This document shows, piece by piece, positions 28,495-37,724 of a stretch of 64,000 nt of DNA; position 1 is the first letter of the stretch, and every line of letters begins with the position of its first letter. Location of the stretch: positions 384,001 through 448,000 of the forward strand of contig CANJVR010000003.1 in assembly GCA_947478395.1 (NCBI GenBank), given 5' to 3'. The stretch comes from Opitutia bacterium (GTDB lineage Bacteria; Verrucomicrobiota; Verrucomicrobiia; Opitutales; Opitutaceae). The notes under the pieces are model-generated. The model was not told the DNA's origin. It worked only from the letters and a program-made list of their open reading frames with translations, and did not search any database. A program made the position numbers and the translations under genes.

Positions 28495-30198
28495 ATGTTC
28501 ACTGAACCTCCACGCCCGCCGACCGCCCCCGTGTCGTGGCGGCGCGATCTGCTCCTGCTCACGCTCGCATTCGGCCTGCTTTTTGCGTTCCGGCTGGGCA
28601 GTTACCCGCTGAGCAATCCGGACGAGGGGCGTTACGCCGAAATCCCGCGCGAGATGGTCGCGGGCGGCGACTGGATCACGCCGCGGCTCGACGGCATTAA
28701 CTACTTCGAGAAGCCGCCGTTGGTCTACTGGACCACCGCGCTGTGCCTGAAATTTTTCGGCCCTAGCGAGTGGTCGATGCGCGCGACCCCAGCGCTGTTT
28801 GCGCTCGCGGGCGTGTTGCTGACTTATGGAGCGGCGCGTAAACTTCACGGCCGCGCGGCCGGCCTCGGCGCGGCGGTGGTCTTGGGGACGTCGATTCTCT
28901 GGTTCGTGCTGGGGCGGATCATGCTGCTCGACATGGCGGTGTCTGTTTTGATGAGTGCGACGTTGTTCTGTTTTATCCTCGCGGTGCGTGAGCCCGCGGG
29001 AGCGACGCGGCGGTGGCTGTTTTACGGGCTCTATGCGAGCGCCGCGCTCGCGACGCTGACGAAGGGGCTGATCGGATTTCTCGTCACGGGGGCGGTAATG
29101 TTTCTCTGGCTCTTGGTTTTCAACCAATGGAAACGGCTGCGACCGATGCATCTGCCCTCGGGCATCGCGCTGTTTCTGGCGATCGCGGCGCCGTGGCATC
29201 TCCTCGCCGCCTCGCACAATGAAACTTGGGTTCACCGTTACTTGGTCTACGAGCACTGGGAACGTTTCACGTCTCCCGCCGCCTCCCGGCCCGGCGCATG
29301 GTGGTATTTCATCCCCATCGTTCTCGGCGGCCTGATCCCGTGGAGCGGGTTTCTATTCTCCGCGGTACGCGATGGACTCCGCGGCGGCTGGGCGAAGCGC
29401 GAGGAGAACGGCGTCGCCTGGTTTTTGGTCACGTGGGCCGGTTTCATTTTTTTATTTTTCACCAAGTCGCACTCGAAACTCGCGCCTTACATTTTGCCGA
29501 TTTTCCCGGCCCTGGCGGTGCTGGTCGGCGGTTGGCTCGCGCGCCTGCCGCTGGGCCGGGCCGGGGCGGCGCGGGCGCGGGTGGGCCTGGGCGTATTTTC
29601 GTTTTTCTGCGGCCTGCTGGCGGCGGCGCTTTGCGTGTTGGTGTTGCGGCCGGCCTTGGTCCGCATGGCGCCGGAACAGGCGCTGGCGCTGCGCCCCCCC
29701 GCATTGACCATGGCGGTCGTGCTGGCGCTCGGCGGAATCCTGGCGCCTTGGTGGGCGAAGGTCCGGGGCATGCGCGCCGCCATGGGTGTGATCGTCGCGA
29801 CGATGGCGGTTTTTTTCGGCACGCTGATGTTTGCGGCGCCGGACATTTCGAAGCCCGGCACCAAACCGCTGGCCTTGCTCGTCAAGGCGCGCGCGTTACC
29901 GGGCGATCGCGTCGTGCACTATCACGAATTTTTCCACGACTTCACGTTTTATGCGGAGCGCGTGGTGGATACCGTGGCATTCAAGGGCGAACTCGAACTC
30001 GAGGAGGACGCCGCCGCGCGTGCGACCGGGCGCTACGATATGAAGGAGGCGGCGTTCCGCGCGCTCTGGAGCGGATCGGGCCGGGTGTGGGCCGTCGCGC
30101 GCAAGAAGGATCTCAAGGAACTTTTTGCCGACACCGCGTTTCGTTATCATTTGATCGCGGAAACCCCCGATCACATCCTTTTCAGCAATCAACCCTGA
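28495..30198 (+). CDS. arnT: Lipid A 4-amino-4-deoxy-L-arabinose transferase (GT83/ArnT-like)
   Basis: PDEGRYAEIPREM, GDWITPRLDG..YFEKPPL.YW, LTKG, SKL.PYILP; first gene of the arn operon. Confidence 0.85.
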   Translation: MFTEPPRPPTAPVSWRRDLLLLTLAFGLLFAFRLGSYPLSNPDEGRYAEIPREMVAGGDWITPRLDGINYFEKPPLVYWTTALCLKFFGPSEWSMRATPALFALAGVLLTYGAARKLHGRAAGLGAAVVLGTSILWFVLGRIMLLDMAVSVLMSATLFCFILAVREPAGATRRWLFYGLYASAALATLTKGLIGFLVTGAVMFLWLLVFNQWKRLRPMHLPSGIALFLAIAAPWHLLAASHNETWVHRYLVYEHWERFTSPAASRPGAWWYFIPIVLGGLIPWSGFLFSAVRDGLRGGWAKREENGVAWFLVTWAGFIFLFFTKSHSKLAPYILPIFPALAVLVGGWLARLPLGRAGAARARVGLGVFSFFCGLLAAALCVLVLRPALVRMAPEQALALRPPALTMAVVLALGGILAPWWAKVRGMRAAMGVIVATMAVFFGTLMFAAPDISKPGTKPLALLVKARALPGDRVVHYHEFFHDFTFYAERVVDTVAFKGELELEEDAAARATGRYDMKEAAFRALWSGSGRVWAVARKKDLKELFADTAFRYHLIAETPDHILFSNQP

Positions 30199-30199
30199 T

Positions 30200-31390
30200 A
30201 TGTCCGCTCTCGCATCGACGACCGCTCCCGCCGCTTTGGCTCCGCCCGCGCTGCCTTATCTTCCCCTCACGCGCCCGACGATCGACGAGGAAACGATTGC
30301 CGGCGTCTGCGAAGTGCTGCGCTCGGGCTGGATCACGTCCGGCCCCAACGTAAAAGCCCTCGAGGGAAAACTCTCCGAATATTTCGGCGGCCGGCCGGTG
30401 CGCGTATTCAACTCCGGCACCTGCACGATGGAAATCGCCCTGCGCATCGCGGGCGTTGGCGCCGGTCACGAGGTCATCACCACGCCGTTGTCGTGGGTCG
30501 CGACGAGCAACGTCATCCTCGAAGTCGGCGCCAAGCCGGTGTTCGTCGATATCGATCCCGTCACGCGCAATCTCGATCTGGATCGCGTCGAGGCGGCCAT
30601 CACACCGGCCACACGCGCGATCATCCCCGTCGATCTCGCTGGGCTGCCGGTCGATCGCGACCGTCTCTATGCGATCGCGAAAAAGCATAATCTTCGCGTC
30701 GTCGAGGATGCCGCGCAATCGATGGGCACGACGTGGCAGGGCCAACGCATCGGCGGGTTCGGCGATTTTGTGTCGTTCAGTTTTCATCCGAATAAAAACA
30801 TCACGACGATCGAGGGCGGTTGTCTCGTGATGAACACCGAAGCCGAGGCCAAGCTCGCCGAGCAATACCGCTTGCAGGGCGTGGTGCGCTCGGGCTTCGA
30901 CGGCATGGAGGTCGAGGTGGTCGGCGGGAAATTTAATCTCACGGACGTAGCCGCGCGCGTGGGCCTCGGGCAATTGCCGCGGCTGGAAGAGTTCAACGCG
31001 AAGCGCCGCGAGCTGGCGCGGGCCTATTTCGATGAATTTGCCGCACCCGGCGTCGCGGCCGCCGGGCTCGGCCTGCCGGTCGCTGATTTCAAACAGAGCA
31101 ACTGGCACATGTTTCAAGTCATGCTGCCCGCGGCGCGGCTCACGCTGACCCGCGCCGAAGTCATGGCGAAATTGCACGCGGCCGGCGTCGGTAGCGGGGT
31201 GCATTACCCGCCGATTCATCTTTTCGCGATTTATCGCCGGCTCGGCTGGAAAGAGGGCGATTGCCCGCAGGCCGAGGCGGTGGGCCGCAGCATTCTCACG
31301 CTGCCGCTTTTCCCGACGATGGCCCGGAGCGACGTCACGCGCGTGGTCAACGCGCTGGTCAAGATTCTGGCCGACCATAAAAAAGCATGA
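30200..31390 (+). CDS. arnB: UDP-4-keto-arabinose aminotransferase (DegT/DnrJ family)
   Basis: LRSGWITSGP, EDAAQ, SFHPNKNITTIEGG (PLP lysine), GVHYPP, LTLPLFP. Confidence 0.88.
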   Translation: MSALASTTAPAALAPPALPYLPLTRPTIDEETIAGVCEVLRSGWITSGPNVKALEGKLSEYFGGRPVRVFNSGTCTMEIALRIAGVGAGHEVITTPLSWVATSNVILEVGAKPVFVDIDPVTRNLDLDRVEAAITPATRAIIPVDLAGLPVDRDRLYAIAKKHNLRVVEDAAQSMGTTWQGQRIGGFGDFVSFSFHPNKNITTIEGGCLVMNTEAEAKLAEQYRLQGVVRSGFDGMEVEVVGGKFNLTDVAARVGLGQLPRLEEFNAKRRELARAYFDEFAAPGVAAAGLGLPVADFKQSNWHMFQVMLPAARLTLTRAEVMAKLHAAGVGSGVHYPPIHLFAIYRRLGWKEGDCPQAEAVGRSILTLPLFPTMARSDVTRVVNALVKILADHKKA

Positions 31391-32343
31391 CTGCGCCGAA
31401 CCATCTCCCGCTTTCCATCGTAATCCCCGTTTACAACGAGGAGCTGAATCTGCCGACCCTCTTCGCGCGGCTTTATCCCGCGCTCGATGCGCTCGGGCGC
31501 CGGTATGAAATCATTTTCACCAACGACGGTTCGCACGACCGGTCGATCGAGTTGCTCAAGGCGCAATACGCGGCGCGGCCCGATGTGACGCGCGTCATCG
31601 ATTTCAACGCCAACTACGGCCAGCACATGGCGATCATGGCCGCGTTTGAGCGGGTGCGCGGCGACGTGATCGTGACCCTCGATGCTGATCTGCAAAATCC
31701 GCCCGAGGAAATCCACAAACTGCTGGAAAAAATCGACGCCGGCCACGACTACGTGGGCGGCTACCGGCTGGAGCGGCAGGATTCGTTTTTTCGGAAATAC
31801 GCCTCGAAGCTGATCAATTTTGTGCGCGAGAAAACCACGAGCATCGAAATGACAGATCAAGGTTGCATGCTCCGCGCCTACTCGCGCCCGATCATCGACG
31901 CGATCGTGCGCAGCGGCGCGATCAATACGTTCATCCCCGCGCTCGCCTACAGTTTTTCGGGCCATCCGGCGGAAGTAGGGGTGAAACACGAGGAGCGCCA
32001 CGCCGGCGTGTCGAACTACTCGTTCTACAGTCTGATCCGGTTGAACTTCGACTTGATCACCGGCTTCTCGATCGCGCCCTTGCAATATTTCACGATGTTC
32101 GCGATGGCCTGTTCGGGCGGAAGTTTTGCGCTGGTGGCCGTGCTGCTCGTGCGCCGGTTCGTCTTCGACAATCTCGACCGCGACACCTTCGGCGTGTTCA
32201 CGCTGCTGGCGTTTGTCCTCTTTTTGCTGAGCGTCGCGATGATCGGCATCGGCCTGATCGGCGAATACGTGGGGCGCACTTACCAAGTCGTTCGCGCGCG
32301 CCAGCGGTACCACGTGAAGGAAGTATTGGAGGCGAAAAGCTAA
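31387..32343 (+). CDS. arnC: Undecaprenyl-phosphate Ara4FN transferase (GT2)
   Basis: SIVIPVYNEE, NDGS.D, NYGQHMAIMAAF, TLDADLQNPPEEI, two C-terminal TM helices. Confidence 0.88.
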   Translation: MTAPNHLPLSIVIPVYNEELNLPTLFARLYPALDALGRRYEIIFTNDGSHDRSIELLKAQYAARPDVTRVIDFNANYGQHMAIMAAFERVRGDVIVTLDADLQNPPEEIHKLLEKIDAGHDYVGGYRLERQDSFFRKYASKLINFVREKTTSIEMTDQGCMLRAYSRPIIDAIVRSGAINTFIPALAYSFSGHPAEVGVKHEERHAGVSNYSFYSLIRLNFDLITGFSIAPLQYFTMFAMACSGGSFALVAVLLVRRFVFDNLDRDTFGVFTLLAFVLFLLSVAMIGIGLIGEYVGRTYQVVRARQRYHVKEVLEAKS

Positions 32344-32346
32344 AGC

Positions 32347-33252
32347 ATGGGTCGGCCCCGCATCATTTTTTTCGGCTACAGCGAAGTAGGCTATTCGTGT
32401 TTGTCGCTGCTGCTGGAGCGCGGTGACAACGTCGTCGCGCTCATCACGCACGAGGACAATCCGCACGAGAAAATCTGGTTCAAGACGCCCGCCGTCGCTG
32501 CGCGCGAGCAAGGGATGCCGGTTTTCACCCCCGAGTCAGTCAATACGCCCGAATGGCGCGAACGGATCGCGGCCCTCCGGCCCGATTTGATCCTTTCGGT
32601 GTACTACCGCCACATGATCGGCACCAAGATCCTCGCTTTGCCGCCGCTCGGCGCCTGGAACATGCATGGTTCCCTGCTGCCGAAATACCGCGGACGCGCC
32701 CCGATCAATTGGGCGGTGCTGCACGGTGAGCCACGTATCGGCATGACGCTGCATCGCATGGTGAAAAGCGCCGACGCCGGCGCCGTGGTCGATCAAGCGG
32801 GCGTGGACATCGGGCCGCGCGATACGGCCGAGCAGGCTTTTCGGAAAGCGCTGCCGTGCGCCCGGGCCGTGCTGGCGCGCCAGATCGATTCGCTGCTCGC
32901 CGGAACCGTAAAAGAGACCGCTCAGGATGAGTCGCAGGCGAACTACTTCGGCGGACGCAAACCCGAGGATGGCCGAATCGACTGGACGCGGACGAGCGCG
33001 CAAATTTTCAACCTGATCCGCGCCGTGACCGATCCGTATCCAGGTGCTTTCACCGACGTGGGCGCGTCGCGCCTGATGGTGTGGTGGGCCGAATCCGAGT
33101 CACCTGCGGCCCAGGGAAAGCGCGGTGCGCCCGGTGAAATTCTGTTCGTGACGCCGCTGGTGATCGCGACAGGCGATGGCGCGCTGGAACTCACGAAGAT
33201 TGAGTGGCGTGACGCACCCGGACCGGAGTTGAAGGTGGGGCAAAAATTATAG
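32347..33252 (+). CDS. UDP-Ara4N formyltransferase (stand-alone ArnA N-terminal domain)
   Basis: NMHGSLLPKYRGRAPINWAVLHGE, ADAG, YFGGRKPEDG, NLIRAVT.PYPGAF. Confidence 0.9.
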   Translation: MGRPRIIFFGYSEVGYSCLSLLLERGDNVVALITHEDNPHEKIWFKTPAVAAREQGMPVFTPESVNTPEWRERIAALRPDLILSVYYRHMIGTKILALPPLGAWNMHGSLLPKYRGRAPINWAVLHGEPRIGMTLHRMVKSADAGAVVDQAGVDIGPRDTAEQAFRKALPCARAVLARQIDSLLAGTVKETAQDESQANYFGGRKPEDGRIDWTRTSAQIFNLIRAVTDPYPGAFTDVGASRLMVWWAESESPAAQGKRGAPGEILFVTPLVIATGDGALELTKIEWRDAPGPELKVGQKL

Positions 33253-33341
33253 GACTGATACGCGCGGCTTCCCGGCGGTCATCTTCGTTCGTGTCTTTTC
33301 CGCCGCTTCATGGTTAACCCTCTTTCTTAAACCACTCACTC

Positions 33342-34379
33342 ATGCCTCTCAAAGTTCTCATCCTCGGTGCCAACGGTTTCATCGGCAGCTCGCTCACGCG
33401 GGCGATCCTTAAACAGAAAGACTGGGAGGTCTACGGGATGGATATCGGCTCGCACAAGCTGGAGGACAGCCTCGGCAACCCGCGTTTCAAGTTCGTCGAG
33501 GGCGATATCACGATCAACCGCGAGTACATCGAATATCACGTGAAGAAGTGCGACGCGGTTATCCCGCTCGTCGCGATCGCGAATCCGATTCAGTACGTGA
33601 AGGACCCGCTGAAGGTTTTCGAACTCGATTTCGAAGCTAACCTCGCGGTCGTTCGCCACTGCGCGAAATACAAGAAGCGCATCATCTTTCCGTCCACCTC
33701 CGAGGTCTACGGCATGAGCACGGACAAACACCTCGATGAGGCCACGACCTCGCTCGTCTACGGGCCCATCGAGCGCCAGCGCTGGATTTATGCGTGCTCG
33801 AAGCAGCTGCTCGACCGCGTGATTTACGCCTACGGCGTGCGCGACAACGTGGACTACACGCTCTTCCGTCCGTTCAATTGGATCGGACCGAAGCTGGACG
33901 ACGTGATGGAGCCGAAGGAGGGCAGCTCGCGCCTCTTTACGCAGTTCATCTCGAACGTGATCTTTAAAAAGCCGCTGCAGCTCGTCGACGGCGGCAAGCA
34001 GAGCCGTTCGTTTACCTTCATCGATGACGGCGTGGATGCGTTGCTGCGCATCATCGAAAACAAGGACGGCTGTGCGTCGCGGCAGATTTTCAATCTCGGC
34101 AATCCGCGGAACGACGTGAGCGTGGCCGAGCTGGCGAAGCTCATCATCGAGGCCTTTAAGGACTATCCCGATTACGCCGAGCACGCCGCGCAGGCGAAAA
34201 CCGTGGTCGTGACCTCGGGCAAATATTTCGGAAAATATTATCAGGACATCCAGAAGCGCGTGCCCTCAATCGCGAATGCGAAGAAACAGCTGGGCTGGAA
34301 TCCCAAGGTGAACCTCAAGAAGGCGATCAAGCTCACGCTGGATTACCACCTCGCGCACAAAGATTATCAGCTGGAATGA
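33342..34379 (+). CDS. UDP-glucuronate dehydrogenase/decarboxylase (stand-alone ArnA C-terminal domain)
   Basis: ILGANGFIG, PLVAIANP..Y...PL.VFELDFE.NL, FPSTSEVYG, RWIYACSKQLLDRVI, FRPFNWIGP. Confidence 0.92.
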   Translation: MPLKVLILGANGFIGSSLTRAILKQKDWEVYGMDIGSHKLEDSLGNPRFKFVEGDITINREYIEYHVKKCDAVIPLVAIANPIQYVKDPLKVFELDFEANLAVVRHCAKYKKRIIFPSTSEVYGMSTDKHLDEATTSLVYGPIERQRWIYACSKQLLDRVIYAYGVRDNVDYTLFRPFNWIGPKLDDVMEPKEGSSRLFTQFISNVIFKKPLQLVDGGKQSRSFTFIDDGVDALLRIIENKDGCASRQIFNLGNPRNDVSVAELAKLIIEAFKDYPDYAEHAAQAKTVVVTSGKYFGKYYQDIQKRVPSIANAKKQLGWNPKVNLKKAIKLTLDYHLAHKDYQLE

Positions 34380-34381
34380 CG

Positions 34382-34444
34382 TGGGAGCGCGGGCGCCCTC
34401 GTCCGCTGGAATTTCGGAAGCGGACGAGGGCGTCCGCGCTCCCA
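34382..34444. repeat. Inverted-repeat REP-like element between arnA2 and arnD
   Basis: TGGGAGCGCGGGCGCCCTCGTCCGCT (34382-34407) and AGCGGACGAGGGCGTCCGCGCTCCCA (34419-34444): 25/26 complementary. Confidence 0.8.
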
Positions 34445-34467
34445 GTAAAGAACCAACGTAATCACCC

Positions 34468-35373
34468 ATGCCCATCCGCCTCGCTCTCAAAGTCGACGTC
34501 GATACCGATCGCGGTACGCGCGAGGGTGTGCCGAATCTGGTCGCCGATTGCGAGGCGGTGGAGGCGCCTGCGGCGTTTCTCTTTTCGCTCGGGCCGGATC
34601 AGACCGGCCGGGCGATCACGCGGGTGTTTCGCCCCGGATTTTTCCAGAAGGTCAGCCGCACGAGCGTGGTGCAGATCTACGGAGTACGCACCCTGCTCAA
34701 CGGCACGCTGCTCCCGGCGCCGCATATCGGCCGGCGCAACGCCGCTGTCATGCGGGCTGTACGCGATGCGGGCTTCGAGGTGGGGATCCACTGCTTTAAC
34801 CATTACCGCTGGCAGGACTACCTGCACGCGATGCCGCTCGCGGCCGTGCGGGAGGAATTCGGAGCGGCCCGCGCGGAATTTCTGCGCATTTTTGGGGTGG
34901 AGGCCCGCACGGCGGGAGCACCGGGCTGGCAGAGTAACGCGAAAAGCCGGGAGGTTTACGACGAAGCAGAACTGCTTTACGCGAGCGACACGCGCGGGGG
35001 AGACCCGTTTTTTCCGCGGGTGGGCGGGCACGTTTTTAAAACGCTCGAAATTCCGAGCACGCTGCCGACGTTCGACGAGTTGATGGGCCGGCCGGAATAT
35101 CCGGACGATAAAATCGTCGCGCACTATCTCTCGTTACTGCGCGGCGATCGCCCGAACGTGTTTACGCTGCACGCCGAGATTGAGGGCATGGGCCGTCGCA
35201 CGCTTTTTCGGGAATTACTCGCGGCGTGCAAAAACGCGGGCGTGGAATTCGTCCGCATGGACGACCTCGCGCAGGAATTGCTCGCGAACCGGGCGACGAT
35301 TCCGGTGCGGGACCAAGTGATGGCGGAGATCGACGGCCGATCGGGCTTCGTGGCAGCGCAGTCTGGGGCGTGA
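34468..35373 (+). CDS. arnD: Undecaprenyl-P-Ara4FN deformylase (polysaccharide deacetylase fold)
   Basis: LKVDVDT.RGTREGVP, FSLGPD.TGR, GAPGW, YASDTRG, IPSTLPTFDE, TLHAEIEG. Confidence 0.88.
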   Translation: MPIRLALKVDVDTDRGTREGVPNLVADCEAVEAPAAFLFSLGPDQTGRAITRVFRPGFFQKVSRTSVVQIYGVRTLLNGTLLPAPHIGRRNAAVMRAVRDAGFEVGIHCFNHYRWQDYLHAMPLAAVREEFGAARAEFLRIFGVEARTAGAPGWQSNAKSREVYDEAELLYASDTRGGDPFFPRVGGHVFKTLEIPSTLPTFDELMGRPEYPDDKIVAHYLSLLRGDRPNVFTLHAEIEGMGRRTLFRELLAACKNAGVEFVRMDDLAQELLANRATIPVRDQVMAEIDGRSGFVAAQSGA

Positions 35374-35433
35374 CGCCGGCGATCGAATGTAGGCCGGGCG
35401 CCCCGCCCGCATCAATCAAGCAGGGCCTTGCTC

Positions 35434-36576
35434 TTACCGCTCGATCTTGCGAAACAGCCAAATACCCAGCCCGGCAAAGATAAGATTGGGCAGCCATAGG
35501 AGCATGTCGGGGTGATATTCCGGATGCCGGTCGAGCCAGCTCACCATCACGGTCAGAACATAATAGCCGAGAAAGAGCAGCACGGCCACGCCGAGGTTGG
35601 CGCTGGTTTCGCGGCGTGAAACGCTAATGCCGAGCGGAACAGCGATGATCGCGAACGCCAGCACGGCGAAGGCGAGGGTGAACTTTTCCTGCCGCGCCAG
35701 TCGCACTTTCATGACCGCGATCTCGTGGTCCTTGGGTTGCGCCGGATCTGACGGCAGGGCGGTGACGCGGGCCTCTTCGGCTCCGAGTTCGCTGTAGGTC
35801 ATTTCACGGAGCTTCTGCTGGCGTTTCTTGCGGCCGAAAATTTTCTCGAGCGAGAGGTGTTGTGGGTCGGAGGTCTCGAACGAACCGACCTGGGGCGCCT
35901 CCGAAAAATCTTCCGGTCGCTTGGATTTGCGCGTCTCCATTTGCGCGCGGGTGAGCGTGAGCACGAGGTCGTAGGCGTTTTCATCGTACTCGAAATGGCC
36001 CGACTCCGCCCGGATAAGCTCAATCACGCGGCCCGCGGAATCGAGTTTCCAGAGCCAGAAATCACGCATGACTGAGCCTTCCTTTTCGCCGATGTAGACG
36101 ACCACGCCGTCAAAATTGCGGATGAATGTCTTGGGCGTGACGAGGCGGAGTGGATTGGCCCGCACCGCGAGTGCGAGTTGATGTTCGAAGCTAAGCCGGG
36201 CCGCGGGCATCGCGTCGAAATTTGCGTAGAGGCCAAAGGCGGCGCCGAGCGCGCCGAGGATCAGAATGGGTCGGGCGATGCGCGTGAGGGAAACCCCGGC
36301 GGTGCGCATGGCCGTGATCTCGCTGTCGGCCGAGAGCCGGCCGAGGGTCAGCAAAACGCCGGTGAGCACGCCCATCGGCAGGGCAAACGGAGCGACTGCA
36401 GGGAAAAGCATCAGGATCAGCCGCAGTGCCACGCTCCAACCGAGCTGGCCCGCGAGGAGCGGCGCGAGTACGTCGCGCACCGCGTTGCCGAGCATTAACA
36501 CGAACGCGAGCACGCCGACCGCCGCCGTGCAGGTAAACAGCACGCTTTTGAAAATATAACGGTCGAGGAGGTTCAC
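35434..36576 (-). CDS. LPS export permease, LptF/LptG family
   Basis: MNLLDRYIFK, GRLSADSEITAMRTAGVSL, 3+3 TM helices around a periplasmic domain, WLPN. Confidence 0.9.
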   Translation of the reverse strand: MNLLDRYIFKSVLFTCTAAVGVLAFVLMLGNAVRDVLAPLLAGQLGWSVALRLILMLFPAVAPFALPMGVLTGVLLTLGRLSADSEITAMRTAGVSLTRIARPILILGALGAAFGLYANFDAMPAARLSFEHQLALAVRANPLRLVTPKTFIRNFDGVVVYIGEKEGSVMRDFWLWKLDSAGRVIELIRAESGHFEYDENAYDLVLTLTRAQMETRKSKRPEDFSEAPQVGSFETSDPQHLSLEKIFGRKKRQQKLREMTYSELGAEEARVTALPSDPAQPKDHEIAVMKVRLARQEKFTLAFAVLAFAIIAVPLGISVSRRETSANLGVAVLLFLGYYVLTVMVSWLDRHPEYHPDMLLWLPNLIFAGLGIWLFRKIER

Positions 36577-36730
36577 GCGGCGGCCGAAGGTTCATCGCAG
36601 ACCCATGAGGCGCGGACAAGGCGGTTCGTGTTTTAGCGATTTTTGTTTCCGGCTCTGTTCTTAATGAAGGGCGGGCGCTCTCAGCCGTCACGGCGGACCA
36701 TCCGGGGCGAGGGCACCCGGCTCATATTTT

Positions 36731-37441
36731 TTATGGCGCGGCCCAAGTTTGGATCACCCCGGGCAGTTCGAGCGCGGATTTTAGCGTGAAGAAACGTCCG
36801 GATGCTTCGGGCGCCGCTTCGACGCGCTCCGCGGCCCACGTGATAGGATAGGGCACGTGCGCGCCGGCTCCGCCGAGGGCCAGCACGGGCAGGATGTCGG
36901 ACTTGAGCGAATTGCCGACCATCAGGAAGCGCGCGGGCGCGATCGCATGACGGCGGAAAAGCGCGGCGTAGCTCGATACATCCTTTTCGGAGAGAATTTC
37001 GACGTGACGAAAATGCGTGGCGAGCCCGGAGCGCGCGAGTTTTCGCTCCTGATCCCGCAGATCGCCTTTCGTGATGACGAGCAGGCGGTACGCGGGGGCA
37101 AGGTCGGCCAGGATTTCAGGAATGCCGGGCAGGACATCGACGGGATGCGCCAGCATTTCCTGACCGAGCGCGATGAGTTGCTGGATTTCGCTCGCGCTGA
37201 TTTTTCCGGCGGTGAGCGCGATGGCGGTCTCGATGGCGGAGAGGGTGAAGCCTTTCACCCCGTAGCCGTACAACTCCAGGTTGCGCATCTCCGTCGCGAA
37301 TAACATGCGGTCGACCGTGGCCGCGTCGTGGTAGTGCGCGAGGAGGGTGCGATAGCGTGCGTGGACGCGCTCGAAGATGGTTTCGTTGTGCCAGAGCGTG
37401 TCGTCGGCATCGAAGCCGATGGTGAGTTCAGAGGCGGCCAT
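36731..37441 (-). CDS. HAD-superfamily hydrolase
   Basis: IGFDADDTLWHNE, ITKGDL.DQERK, MVGNSLKSDILP. Confidence 0.9.
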   Translation of the reverse strand: MAASELTIGFDADDTLWHNETIFERVHARYRTLLAHYHDAATVDRMLFATEMRNLELYGYGVKGFTLSAIETAIALTAGKISASEIQQLIALGQEMLAHPVDVLPGIPEILADLAPAYRLLVITKGDLRDQERKLARSGLATHFRHVEILSEKDVSSYAALFRRHAIAPARFLMVGNSLKSDILPVLALGGAGAHVPYPITWAAERVEAAPEASGRFFTLKSALELPGVIQTWAAP

Positions 37442-37724
37442 GGACAAAAACGCAAGGCAGCCGGGCATCGCATGGCAATGCCGCGCTCAGGTGCGGATCG
37501 AAACGCTCGGTGAATGCCGGACCGAGATCGGCGGCGGAATCCGGCCAGACAAGGGCGACTCGAAGCGGTTCGGCGGATGGATCGCCGCCGGGGATATAAG
37601 GTGCGGGCGGGTGGCCTAAATCGCTGCGGAGGCGGATAGCGTGTTGAACGTTTACGCCGGCACCTTCGGCGGTTGGGCTTGTCGCAGCGGGTTCGCCCGA
37701 ATTGGCTAACCACGGATTACACGG

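Noticed and set aside
32347..34379. arnA broken by mutation (pseudogene)
   Set aside because: Both halves are complete domains with their own start and stop and an 89-nt spacer; split arnA is a known natural arrangement.
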